Positions 27,880-36,558 of a DNA stretch of 64,000 nucleotides are shown in pieces. The stretch is from Sulfurovum sp. (GTDB lineage: Bacteria > Campylobacterota > Campylobacteria > Campylobacterales > Sulfurovaceae): positions 32,767 to 96,766 of the forward strand of contig JANTGA010000001.1 of the NCBI GenBank assembly GCA_024763175.1, written 5' to 3'. Each line of letters starts with the position of its first letter. Within the stretch, counting starts at the first letter, position 1. The notes below the pieces were generated by a model, which had not been told where the DNA came from, ran no database searches, and was given only the letters and a program-made list of their open reading frames with translations. The translations under genes and the position numbers were made by a program.

Positions 27880-30033
27880 TTGGATGCTTTTTTAGAAACG
27901 ATAAAAAGGATCCATACTGTCGAAGAGGCTAAAAGACTCCTTTTTGATACACATACCCCCCAGTCAAATAGTGTTCACAAAGCATTTGATCTTGCCCTGA
28001 AAGCCCATGAAGGGCAAAATCGTAAGAGTGGCGAACCCTATGTTATTCATCCTATTCTTGTTGCTGCTATTACCGCTTATGTCAGCAGAGATGAAACCAT
28101 GGTTGCGTCGGCACTGCTGCATGATGTCGTCGAAGATACCGACTATACGATTGAAGATATTGAGGAAATGTTTGAAGGCGATATCGCGCATATCGTCGGG
28201 GGATTGACCAAGATTGTAGAGATACGGGATGAAAAGCTGATCCCCTCAGGTTCCGGTGCCCGATTGGTCAATTCAGCACTGAGTTTCAGGAAGATGCTGA
28301 TCGCATCGATCAAAGATGTCCGTGTTTTGGTGATCAAACTCTGCGATAGGCTACACAACATGTTGACCCTTGATGCGCTTTCGTCATCCAAACAAAAACG
28401 AATCGCCGAAGAGACGCTGGTGGTCTATGCACCGATCGCGCACCGTCTTGGCATTTCGCGACTGAAAAACGCTCTGGAAGACCTCAGTTTTTACTATATT
28501 TATCCCGATGACTATGCGAAGATCGACAGTTATATCAAATCAAACAAACAAAATCTACAGTTCAAGCTCAATGCAATGATTCAAAAAGTGACAAAAGTAA
28601 TGCATACGGATGGTTTCCATCGGGATGATTTTGAAATTTTCGGTCGTGTCAAGCACTACTATTCAATCTATCTCAAAATGCATCGCAAAGGGATCACCAT
28701 CGAAGAGGTCCTCGATCTGCTGGCGATCCGCATCATCGTGGATGAGCCGATCCAGTGCTATCGTGTTTTGGGCTTGCTTCATCTCGGGTTTACGCCTCTG
28801 ATCTCCCGCTTCAAAGATTATGTGGCACTTCCCAAAGAGAATGGTTACCAAACAATCCATACTACTCTTTTTTGTGATAACGGTATCGTGGAATCACAGA
28901 TACGGACTGTGGAGATGCATAAGCTTGCAGAGTATGGTATCGCTGCCCATTGGAAATACAAAGAGGGAACTTCGCAGGTCCATCTAGACTGGCTTGAGGG
29001 GCTCAATTATCAGAGTGAATCAGTAGAAGAGTTCTATGAATTGGCCAAAAGCGATCTTTTCAGTGAAGATATTGCCGTTTTTTCACCCAAGGGAGATTAT
29101 TATACATTGCCCAAAAACTCTGTGGCATTGGATTTTGCCTATGCGATCCATTCTGAGATTGGAGAGATGGCAAGCAGTGCGCTGATCAACAAGCACAAGT
29201 CCTCACTCCTGACAATATTGAAAAATGGTGATATTGTCAATATTTTGACAGATGGTGAATCCAGATTGCACTGCTCCTGGATCGATACGGTCAAGACCTC
29301 TCGTGCCAAAGAGGCAATACGGAGCCGTTGTCGTGCCCGCATCAAAGAGTGCGATGAGCTGAGTGCCTATAATATCCTTGCGACACTGCTCGATCACGAT
29401 GTCCGGGGAATTGAACGGGTCATCGATGAGCTTGGGCTCTCTCAGAGCCTCCATAAGTTACCTAATCAATTAAATTATTACAAAGAAGTGATTCACAAGA
29501 TTGCTAACTATTTAGGCAAGAAGCAGGTGCGCTTCTGGCAGTTGATGAAGCGGGGCTACAAAAAACCCTACACGAAAGAGCTCGATCACTTCGTGTTTTA
29601 TGCGAACAAGCATTTTGACGGTGTAGAGTTTGATTATTGTTGCCATCCCAAAGTAGGGGACCAGATCGTAGCTTTTTATAAGGATAACAAGGCTATTATA
29701 CACCACAAATTGTGTCGTCAGGCCTACCGGAGTATCGTCAATCAAGAGCCGATGATCTACGTGACATGGAAGAACAGCAAGATGGCAAAGTACCGATTGA
29801 TCATTAGTCTTTACAACCGTAAAGGTGCACTGGCAGAGATCTTGGCCAAGCTTTCAAATATGGATCTGAATGTCACCAGTATCGAACTGGGAATCAAGGA
29901 CAGCGAGAGTGCCGAATATTGCCAAATCGAAGTAGAGAGTTCGGAAACTAAAAAGAATATTTTGCAGCAACGAATTTCACAAAAATTCAAACTGGTAGAG
30001 ATTATCAGTCTTGATGATGCATACAATCAATAA
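27880..30033 (+). CDS. spoT: Bifunctional (p)ppGpp synthetase/hydrolase (RelA/SpoT homologue)
   Basis: 717 aa with an HD domain (HPILVA...LHDVVEDT), a RelA_SpoT synthetase region (YQTIHTT), and TGS and ACT-like C-terminal domains. TTG start. Confidence 0.93.
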   Translation: MDAFLETIKRIHTVEEAKRLLFDTHTPQSNSVHKAFDLALKAHEGQNRKSGEPYVIHPILVAAITAYVSRDETMVASALLHDVVEDTDYTIEDIEEMFEGDIAHIVGGLTKIVEIRDEKLIPSGSGARLVNSALSFRKMLIASIKDVRVLVIKLCDRLHNMLTLDALSSSKQKRIAEETLVVYAPIAHRLGISRLKNALEDLSFYYIYPDDYAKIDSYIKSNKQNLQFKLNAMIQKVTKVMHTDGFHRDDFEIFGRVKHYYSIYLKMHRKGITIEEVLDLLAIRIIVDEPIQCYRVLGLLHLGFTPLISRFKDYVALPKENGYQTIHTTLFCDNGIVESQIRTVEMHKLAEYGIAAHWKYKEGTSQVHLDWLEGLNYQSESVEEFYELAKSDLFSEDIAVFSPKGDYYTLPKNSVALDFAYAIHSEIGEMASSALINKHKSSLLTILKNGDIVNILTDGESRLHCSWIDTVKTSRAKEAIRSRCRARIKECDELSAYNILATLLDHDVRGIERVIDELGLSQSLHKLPNQLNYYKEVIHKIANYLGKKQVRFWQLMKRGYKKPYTKELDHFVFYANKHFDGVEFDYCCHPKVGDQIVAFYKDNKAIIHHKLCRQAYRSIVNQEPMIYVTWKNSKMAKYRLIISLYNRKGALAEILAKLSNMDLNVTSIELGIKDSESAEYCQIEVESSETKKNILQQRISQKFKLVEIISLDDAYNQ

Positions 30034-30047
30034 CGAGAGGTAGAAGA

Positions 30048-31247
30048 ATGATACAGCAGGCAATGGATGAGATCAGCAGGGGGACAGCAGAGATCATCGG
30101 GTTGGAACAGATCGAAAAACTGGTCAAACGCTATATAGATGAGGGCCAGGGCTACAAGGTCAAGGTAGGATTTGATCCTACAGCGGCTGATCTTCATCTG
30201 GGCCATACTGTCCTGCTCCAAAAGCTGGCCATCTTTCAAAAATATGGTGCCGAAGTGCAGCTGTTGATCGGTGACTTCACAGCGATGATTGGGGATCCGA
30301 CAGGTAAAAGCGAGACACGCAAAAGACTTGATCGGGAAACAGTACTGGAAAATGCAAAAAGCTACCAGGAACAAGTTTTTAAGATTCTTGATCCTGAAAA
30401 AACCTATGTCGTTTTCAATTCGAGCTGGCTTGAAGCACTGGGAGCGGATGGGATTATTGCCCTGACAACACTTTTCAGTGTAGCAAGAATGCTGGAGCGG
30501 GATGATTTTGAGAAGCGTTATAAAGCAGGACAAAATATTTCTATTTCTGAATTTCTCTACCCACTGCTTCAGGGCTATGACAGTGTCGAGTTGAAAAGTG
30601 ACATCGAAGTGGGAGGTACGGATCAGAAATTCAATCTTCTGATGGGTCGGCATCTGCAGCGATCTTATGACGTAGGCAAAGAGCAGGCGGTCCTGATGAT
30701 GCCGATCCTCGAAGGACTGGATGGCGTACAAAAGATGAGTAAGTCACTGAAAAACTTCATCGGTATCACTGAGCCTGCCAAGGAGATATATGCCAAGGTG
30801 CTTTCGATATCAGACGAACTGATGTGGCGTTATTATGAATTGCTCAGCACACACACTTTAGATGAGATAGCAGCGATGAGAGAAGCAGTATCAAGTGGTA
30901 CCCTTCACCCCAAGAAAGCCAAGGAGGAACTGGCCCTGGAGATCACCGCACGGTTTTATAATGAAGAGTCTGCTAAGATAGCAAAAAGGGAGTTCGATAA
31001 TATCTTTAAGGCAAATCAGCTGCCAAGTGATATCGAAACCTATGAGATAGAGAAGGGAAGTTGGATATGCAAAGCATTGGTAGATGTCAAAATCGAACCT
31101 TCGACATCGCAGGCAAGACGAGATATCAGGCAGGGTGCAGTGCGTATCGATCAGGAAAAGATTGCTGATGAGCAGTTGAAATTGGTAGAGGGTGAGTATA
31201 TCCTGCAGGTAGGAAAGAGAAAATTTGCAAGAGTGAAGGTGAAGTAG
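30048..31247 (+). CDS. tyrS: Tyrosyl-tRNA synthetase
   Basis: 399 aa with HLGH and KMSKS motifs and a C-terminal S4 domain. Confidence 0.95.
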   Translation: MIQQAMDEISRGTAEIIGLEQIEKLVKRYIDEGQGYKVKVGFDPTAADLHLGHTVLLQKLAIFQKYGAEVQLLIGDFTAMIGDPTGKSETRKRLDRETVLENAKSYQEQVFKILDPEKTYVVFNSSWLEALGADGIIALTTLFSVARMLERDDFEKRYKAGQNISISEFLYPLLQGYDSVELKSDIEVGGTDQKFNLLMGRHLQRSYDVGKEQAVLMMPILEGLDGVQKMSKSLKNFIGITEPAKEIYAKVLSISDELMWRYYELLSTHTLDEIAAMREAVSSGTLHPKKAKEELALEITARFYNEESAKIAKREFDNIFKANQLPSDIETYEIEKGSWICKALVDVKIEPSTSQARRDIRQGAVRIDQEKIADEQLKLVEGEYILQVGKRKFARVKVK

Positions 31248-32344
31248 TGGCATTTAAAGCGGTTAAGATTGGCAAATATACAATCGATATCCCTATTATA
31301 CAGGGAGGAATGGGCGTGGGTGTCTCCTGGGATCAGTTAGCTGGAACCGTAAGCAGCCAAGGAGCACTGGGCGTAATAAGCTCAGTGGGTACGGGAATTT
31401 ATCACAATCGTGATTATACGGAAAAGGTCATGAAAGAGGGGCGCCCATACGAAGCTGAGAACTTTTATTCAGCTAAAGTCTTAAAGATCATTTTTGACAA
31501 TGCACGCAAAATTTGTGGCGACAAGCCACTGGCCTGTAACGTACTTTATGCTTCTAGTGACTATAACCGAATCGTCAAAGATGCCTGTGAGGCGGGTGCA
31601 GATATGATCATTACTGGTGCAGGACTGCCACTGACGATGCCAGAAGCGACCAAAGAGTATCCAGATGTCGCTTTGATCCCGATCGTTTCGACAGCCAAAG
31701 CGCTTCGCATTATTTGCCGCCGCTGGAAAAAGACACACAACCGTCTACCCGATGCGGTGATTGTCGAAGGGCCACTGAGCGGAGGACATCAGGGTTTCAA
31801 GTATGATGAGTGTTTTCTGCCTGAGAATCAGCTCGAAGAGATCCTCCCACCCGTCGTGGAAGAGGCGAAGAATTGGGGAGATATACCGGTCATTGCTGCA
31901 GGCGGTATCTGGGATCATAGTGATATCGTCAAGATGATGGAGTTGGGTGCTTCTGCCGTGCAAATGGGAACACGCTTTATCGGAACAGTCGAATGTGATG
32001 CACATGAAAATTTCAAGCAGGTAATCCTCGATGCCAAAGAGGAGGATATCAAGCTGCTTAAGTCACCGGTAGGATATCCTGCACGCGGCGTCAAAACGCA
32101 TCTTCAGGAGATGATCGAGGAGAAGACTGCACCGAAAATTGCGTGTATTTCGAATTGTGTAGCACCATGTCATCGTGGTGTTGAAGCAAAAATAGTGGGA
32201 TACTGTATCGCTGACAGACTGAGTGACGCTTATGACGGCAATATTGAGTCCGGACTTTTCTTCACGGGAGCAAATGGTTATAGGCTCAAGGAGATCATTA
32301 CAGTCAAAGAACTTCTATATAAACTCATTCATGGTGAATCGTAA
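31247..32344 (+). CDS. Nitronate monooxygenase / FabK-like NAD(P)H-dependent flavin oxidoreductase
   Basis: 365 aa with PIIQGGMGVGVS, VIVEGPLSGGHQG and AAGGIWD, all typical of the NMO/2-nitropropane dioxygenase family. Confidence 0.85.
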   Translation: MAFKAVKIGKYTIDIPIIQGGMGVGVSWDQLAGTVSSQGALGVISSVGTGIYHNRDYTEKVMKEGRPYEAENFYSAKVLKIIFDNARKICGDKPLACNVLYASSDYNRIVKDACEAGADMIITGAGLPLTMPEATKEYPDVALIPIVSTAKALRIICRRWKKTHNRLPDAVIVEGPLSGGHQGFKYDECFLPENQLEEILPPVVEEAKNWGDIPVIAAGGIWDHSDIVKMMELGASAVQMGTRFIGTVECDAHENFKQVILDAKEEDIKLLKSPVGYPARGVKTHLQEMIEEKTAPKIACISNCVAPCHRGVEAKIVGYCIADRLSDAYDGNIESGLFFTGANGYRLKEIITVKELLYKLIHGES

Positions 32345-32350
32345 ACCATT

Positions 32351-33598
32351 GTGAAGCACTTTTCCATATGGCTATTGTGGGCAGTACTCTGTACCACACT
32401 TTTTTCAGCCAATAATACGCTCAAGAGCATAGAGATCAAACACCATGAACTCAACCTGCACTTCAGCGCCTGGCTGGATAGCAGTGACATCCACCACATG
32501 ACACTGGAAAATCCGCATAGACAAGTGATAGACATCAAAAATGCCCGTCTGTCAAATCGAAAAATTGCATCCGGTCTTTCTGCAAAGGGGGTTCGATCTT
32601 TTCGTGTTGCACAATACAAAAGGGATACGGTTCGAATTGTCATCGAGACAGAGAGCAGTTATCGTTGCAGAGGATATCAGCCTATGGCTTTACGTACTCT
32701 TTACAGGATCCCACTTCCCAAAAATGGAACGAGTAGATCCGAGATGAAAACGTATCCGAAAAAAGTCAAAAAGGTTCCTGCCAAGAGAGTGAGAAGGGCA
32801 CCAGAAGTGGCGGAAAAAGCTCCGCCAATCAGAGAAGATATAGAAGAAGAGCCCTCCGTTTTCTCCTCCTTTTTGACCCTGGGCTCCTCTGGTCCGAGAC
32901 GAAGTTATACAATAGTGGTTGATGCGGGACATGGCGGGCACGATAGCGGTGCCATCGGAGCAAAGCGTTATTATGAGAAGAGACTGGTACTCAAAATTGC
33001 AAAACGGGTTGAAAGGCAATTGAAAAAGAGGGGATTCAGGGTCAAGATGACACGATCTGCAGATCGCTTCGTTAAGCTGAGACATCGTACCCATTTTGCG
33101 AATCAAAAAAAGGCAGATATATTTGTCTCTATACATGCCAACGCCGTCGCAAATAGAAGAAGATTTGGGAAAGCGTATGGTGTAGAGACATACTTTTTGC
33201 AGTTGACAAGAAGTGCCAAAGCACAGAGAATTGCTGCAAAAGAGAATAGTGTTGTTCTTGACAAGAATGATCATCTCAGCAAAAATGTGATCCTGAAATC
33301 TGTTCTTTCCGGCCCCAAAATTGAACTTTCGCACAAGTTGGCTATTGATGTACAAAAGCAGATACTAAAGCATCTCAGGCAAAAATATAAAGGCGTCAGG
33401 AATGGTGGTGTTAAGCCAGCTCCTTTCTGGGTACTGGTCGGTGCACAGATGCCGTCAATCCTTGTAGAAGTAGGCTATATCACCAATCCGATCGAACGCC
33501 GACGACTCTATAACCCTGACTATCAGGAGCGCATTGCCAAAGGTATCGCTGATGGTGTCAGCAATTATCTTACCTTGAGAGAAAAAGAGTTCAATTAG
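32351..33598 (+). CDS. N-acetylmuramoyl-L-alanine amidase with N-terminal AMIN domain (AmiA/AmiC-like)
   Basis: 415 aa with a signal peptide, an AMIN-like N-domain and the Amidase_3 core (VVDAGHGGHDSGA...SIHANA...VEVGYITN). Confidence 0.88.
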   Translation: MKHFSIWLLWAVLCTTLFSANNTLKSIEIKHHELNLHFSAWLDSSDIHHMTLENPHRQVIDIKNARLSNRKIASGLSAKGVRSFRVAQYKRDTVRIVIETESSYRCRGYQPMALRTLYRIPLPKNGTSRSEMKTYPKKVKKVPAKRVRRAPEVAEKAPPIREDIEEEPSVFSSFLTLGSSGPRRSYTIVVDAGHGGHDSGAIGAKRYYEKRLVLKIAKRVERQLKKRGFRVKMTRSADRFVKLRHRTHFANQKKADIFVSIHANAVANRRRFGKAYGVETYFLQLTRSAKAQRIAAKENSVVLDKNDHLSKNVILKSVLSGPKIELSHKLAIDVQKQILKHLRQKYKGVRNGGVKPAPFWVLVGAQMPSILVEVGYITNPIERRRLYNPDYQERIAKGIADGVSNYLTLREKEFN

Positions 33599-33731
33599 CA
33601 GACAAGCACTTTCTGGCTGTACTGTTAAAATTAGTACCCCAATAGAAAAATTATATTAAAACTACTTATAGAAAAGTATAGTTAAAGCAAGTTCAATTTA
33701 TAATAGCGTATATTAATTTTAAAGGATAAGC

Positions 33732-34346
33732 ATGAGATTTTTAAAGGGTATACTGACGCTTATAGGGACGATTGTTGTGATCGGTTTTGCATACGCATAT
33801 GTTGCATTTGATCTTGGAGCACGCGCTAGTCAAATGGCAAAATTGGACCCTAAAGCTATGGGTCTTTATATGAATATGTTCGACAAAGTGTTGACAACTG
33901 GTGACCCTGCAAAAGGGATGATTATTAAAGAGAAGTTGATCATACCTGAAGGTATGACGAAAAAAGAAGCGATCCTTAATGCACTTGAGATTATGGATGA
34001 AGTGGGCGAAGAGCATGGTTTGGCAATGGTTGACACGAAGCTCATGTCCAGAGGTGAAAAAGATGACAAGGGCGTTTATCAGCCCTATGTAAGAATCAGA
34101 TCCTACTGCTCTCCTACGATTGCCAAAGTGTTTCTGGCGCACTCTCCTGAGTTTATAGGTTTTATGCCTTGCAGGCTGGGAATCGTAGAGAGTCCAAATG
34201 GTGAAGTCTGGATCTACACCATGAGTCTGGATCTTATGATCAATGGTGGACGAACACTTGAACCAGAGCTGTTGAAGCTTGCCAATGAGGTGAGAACCGG
34301 AATGTACAGCATGATGGAAAAAGCAGCCAAAGGCGAAGAGGACTGA
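33732..34346 (+). CDS. Membrane-anchored DUF302-domain protein
   Basis: 204 aa with an N-terminal TM helix and a DUF302-type region (EFIGFMPCRLGIVESPNGEVWIY). Confidence 0.7.
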   Translation: MRFLKGILTLIGTIVVIGFAYAYVAFDLGARASQMAKLDPKAMGLYMNMFDKVLTTGDPAKGMIIKEKLIIPEGMTKKEAILNALEIMDEVGEEHGLAMVDTKLMSRGEKDDKGVYQPYVRIRSYCSPTIAKVFLAHSPEFIGFMPCRLGIVESPNGEVWIYTMSLDLMINGGRTLEPELLKLANEVRTGMYSMMEKAAKGEED

Positions 34347-34354
34347 CACGCTGT

Positions 34355-34387
34355 CTGCTACTCCGGGCTCTCGTCCGGAAGTAGCAG
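34355..34387 (+). terminator. Stem-loop downstream of the DUF302 gene
   Basis: CTGCTACTCCGG-gctctcgt-CCGGAAGTAGCAG forms a 12-bp stem with one bulged A. No T-tract follows. Confidence 0.4.
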
Positions 34388-34570
34388 GGGCAACCCATAG
34401 ACAGTATTCATTCAGCAAGCAATAACATATTAAATCCTGCATTCCCGAAACACCTAACGATCCAAAACACTAAAACCCGCTGAACACACCATTTTACCGA
34501 TAAATCCAAGCGTTCGGGGATTACCTATGCGTATGAGTCTGTCTCATTCTTGGATAAGGAAAAGAAACAA

Positions 34571-34861
34571 TCACGTGCCAAACGAAAGCTGATTGGAAGA
34601 GTTGATGAAACTACGGGTGAAATCGTCCCCACTGATGGAGTCTGTGAGAAAAAGCTGTAGATAATTCTCTTCGTTGACACTGTTGTAAATAGCATTAAGA
34701 CTTTGGGCGAAAGGATGCTCATAGTCACGCAGTTTTGAACGGATCTTGCCAAATACCACCTGCGCACTCTGGCTCGATTCCTGATCCAGCAGTACCGAAA
34801 GGTGTTGATCGATAACATCTTTTTGATAGTAGGGATTGTAGAGGATGAGGAGATAGCGCAT
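34571..34861 (-). pseudogene. N-terminal fragment of an unidentified gene (truncated)
   Basis: 96 aa ORF (MRYLLILYNPYYQKDVIDQHLSVLL...) that ends abruptly. An overlapping ORF in another frame (34525-34818) and about 180 nt of non-coding DNA downstream suggest a truncated or frameshifted remnant. Confidence 0.35.
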
Positions 34862-34974
34862 CGGTAGCTCTATCCTTATTCACAGCTTTTGATATTATCC
34901 CGTAAAGTATCTGTCAGGCAGATAAAAAATATACCTTCTTGTACTTGGCTGTCAAACAGCCATCAAGCCAAAAA

Positions 34975-35003
34975 TTGACATTTTTATCATAAAACTGTAT
35001 AAT
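34975..35003 (+). promoter_or_regulatory. Consensus sigma70-type promoter of the toxin-antitoxin operon
   Basis: TTGACA (34975-34980), a 17-nt spacer, then TATAAT (34998-35003), 31 nt upstream of the antitoxin ATG. Followed by the inverted repeat ATATCC...GGATAA. Confidence 0.6.
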
Positions 35004-35033
35004 ATCCGTACAACACCCGTATAAGGATAAAAT

Positions 35034-35312
35034 ATGTTAGCAACAATGGATTTGAAAGATGCCCGTATAGAATTTAAAACATCTAAAGATATTAAGGCAC
35101 TATTGCAAGAAGCTGCAAACTCTTTAGGTATGGATCTGAGTTCTTTTCTTATTTCTACTGCAACCCAAAGAGCTAAAGATGTCATCAAAGAAGATAATAT
35201 GCTGATACTCTCGAAAGGGGAGTGGAAATATTTTGAAAGAAATATTGCTTCACCAAAAAAGCCTACAAAGGCGCTTAAAGAGTTGATGAATCTGGAAGGT
35301 TTTGATGACTAA
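35034..35312 (+). CDS. DUF1778 (TacA/AtaR-type RHH) antitoxin
   Basis: 92 aa. RIEFKTSKDIKALLQEAANSLGMDLSSFLISTATQRAKDVI is the typical DUF1778 ribbon-helix-helix. Overlaps the downstream GNAT gene. Confidence 0.85.
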   Translation: MLATMDLKDARIEFKTSKDIKALLQEAANSLGMDLSSFLISTATQRAKDVIKEDNMLILSKGEWKYFERNIASPKKPTKALKELMNLEGFDD

Positions 35313-35817
35313 GTATCGGCTTGTAAAATTTAATACTTCAGGCAGTTATAAAAGTATAAAAATATTTGATTGTAATAATGATATGATCAATACTTTCGTA
35401 CACAAATCCCTCAAAAAGCGTGTAAAAAAACATTTAAGTCAAGCCTATGTACTTCTGAGAGACGATACTTTTTCAGGCTTTTATACCTTAGATGCATTTT
35501 CTATAGCCAGAGATATATTTGAAACAGAGCATAAACCTTCTGCTCTTCCTCCTGTTGTTCCTGTGGTAAAATTAGGCATGTTGGCTGTAGATAAAAACCT
35601 TCAGGGGCAAGGCTTGGGAAAAAGACTGTTGCGTGATGCCATGTTAAAAGTAGCAGAAATTTCAGAACTTGCGGGCTGTGCAGGTATCTATCTTTTGGCA
35701 GAAAAAGATGCTGTTACATTTTATACATCATTAGGTTTTATTAAAATTAAAGAAGAGACTCCCTCTCCAATGTTTTTGAGTATAGAGCAAGTGCCTGACA
35801 CTTCAGAAGTTTCTTGA
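35305..35817 (+). CDS. GNAT-family acetyltransferase toxin (TacT/AtaT-type)
   Basis: About 170 aa with the acetyl-CoA motif QGQGLGKRLLRDAM. 8-nt overlap with the DUF1778 gene. Confidence 0.85.
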   Translation: MTKYRLVKFNTSGSYKSIKIFDCNNDMINTFVHKSLKKRVKKHLSQAYVLLRDDTFSGFYTLDAFSIARDIFETEHKPSALPPVVPVVKLGMLAVDKNLQGQGLGKRLLRDAMLKVAEISELAGCAGIYLLAEKDAVTFYTSLGFIKIKEETPSPMFLSIEQVPDTSEVS

Positions 35818-35870
35818 TATTGAACTTTTCTTTAGCCGCATCCCATTCAAATTTCATATTTTATTGTACC

Positions 35871-36281
35871 TTATTTTAATAAAAAAGGCTCAATCCACCC
35901 CCTCAAATACACATCCAGAAACCACCGATCTATTACTTCTCTATCTTCAGCCCCAATACCGCTATTGGAAACCCCTAGCGTCTGCACGATCCTGTTGCCT
36001 TTGATCTCTACAGCATACTTGAGGGTGTGCCGGACAAAAACACCATAGATCACTGTTCTCCTGTCTTTGATAGCATTGGTGTAACTGAAGATACAATTGT
36101 GCAGCTTTCTCGCCCACTCATCGAGCAGATGTTTGATACTCTTCTCCTGTAGGTTGTTGTGAATGTGATCGAGCATTTGCATCACGGTGGGATATTTTCT
36201 GCTTGATTTCTGTAAGCTCCTGAAATTACCCCAGAAAAAGAAGTATACGATAGTCAAAGATGGGGATCTTGGCAACAGCAC
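35871..36281 (-). CDS. Hypothetical protein; possibly a degenerate C-terminal remnant of a tyrosine recombinase
   Basis: The reading frame is open up to 36329 with no upstream ATG. The segment VFVRHTLKYAVEIKGNRIVQTLGVSNS loosely resembles integrase box II (LRHTFAT...IQELLGHSS), but the His and the final Tyr are not evident. Confidence 0.3.
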   Translation of the reverse strand: MLLPRSPSLTIVYFFFWGNFRSLQKSSRKYPTVMQMLDHIHNNLQEKSIKHLLDEWARKLHNCIFSYTNAIKDRRTVIYGVFVRHTLKYAVEIKGNRIVQTLGVSNSGIGAEDREVIDRWFLDVYLRGWIEPFLLK

Positions 36282-36500
36282 GCACAGACCATCCTCTAAC
36301 CCTGTGTTGCGATATTTTGTGGCATTGATCTATCTCTCATATATTATGTTTTTGTGAAGAGTTCATAACCCAACTTTGCCATCCAAACTGAACCTTGGCT
36401 TAAATACAACCTTTTTTACCCACTTTCACAGCACCTAACCCCGTAAATACGAGTATCAATTTAGATAGTCCTAATGTAGTGACCGAATTAACCTTAAGGC

Positions 36501-36529
36501 TTGACAATGGGTTTATATTGAGGTATAAT
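36501..36529 (+). promoter_or_regulatory. Consensus sigma70-type promoter of the transposase
   Basis: TTGACA (36501-36506), a 17-nt spacer, then TATAAT (36524-36529), 30 nt upstream of ATG 36559. Confidence 0.6.
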
Positions 36530-36558
36530 TATCACTAAACCAATACGAAGGCTCTTTA

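Noticed and set aside
33741-34442. A 233-aa minus-strand ORF covering the DUF302 gene.
   Set aside because: The plus-strand product has a TM anchor, a DUF302-type motif and a good RBS context. The minus-strand translation is Cys/His-rich with no motifs, and it runs through the downstream hairpin.
34388-34570. Searched the island borders (and 38537-38605) for a tRNA or tmRNA gene or att-type direct repeats.
   Set aside because: I could find no cloverleaf-compatible sequence and no convincing direct repeat by eye. Only a short shared CACCTAAC 8-mer (near 34451 and 36431) turned up, which is compatible with chance.
34525-34818. A 97-aa minus-strand ORF as an alternative gene at the island edge.
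   Set aside because: It overlaps the 34571-34861 ORF in another frame and translates to an implausible Arg/Ser/Thr-rich sequence. It more likely reflects decay of a single ancestral gene.
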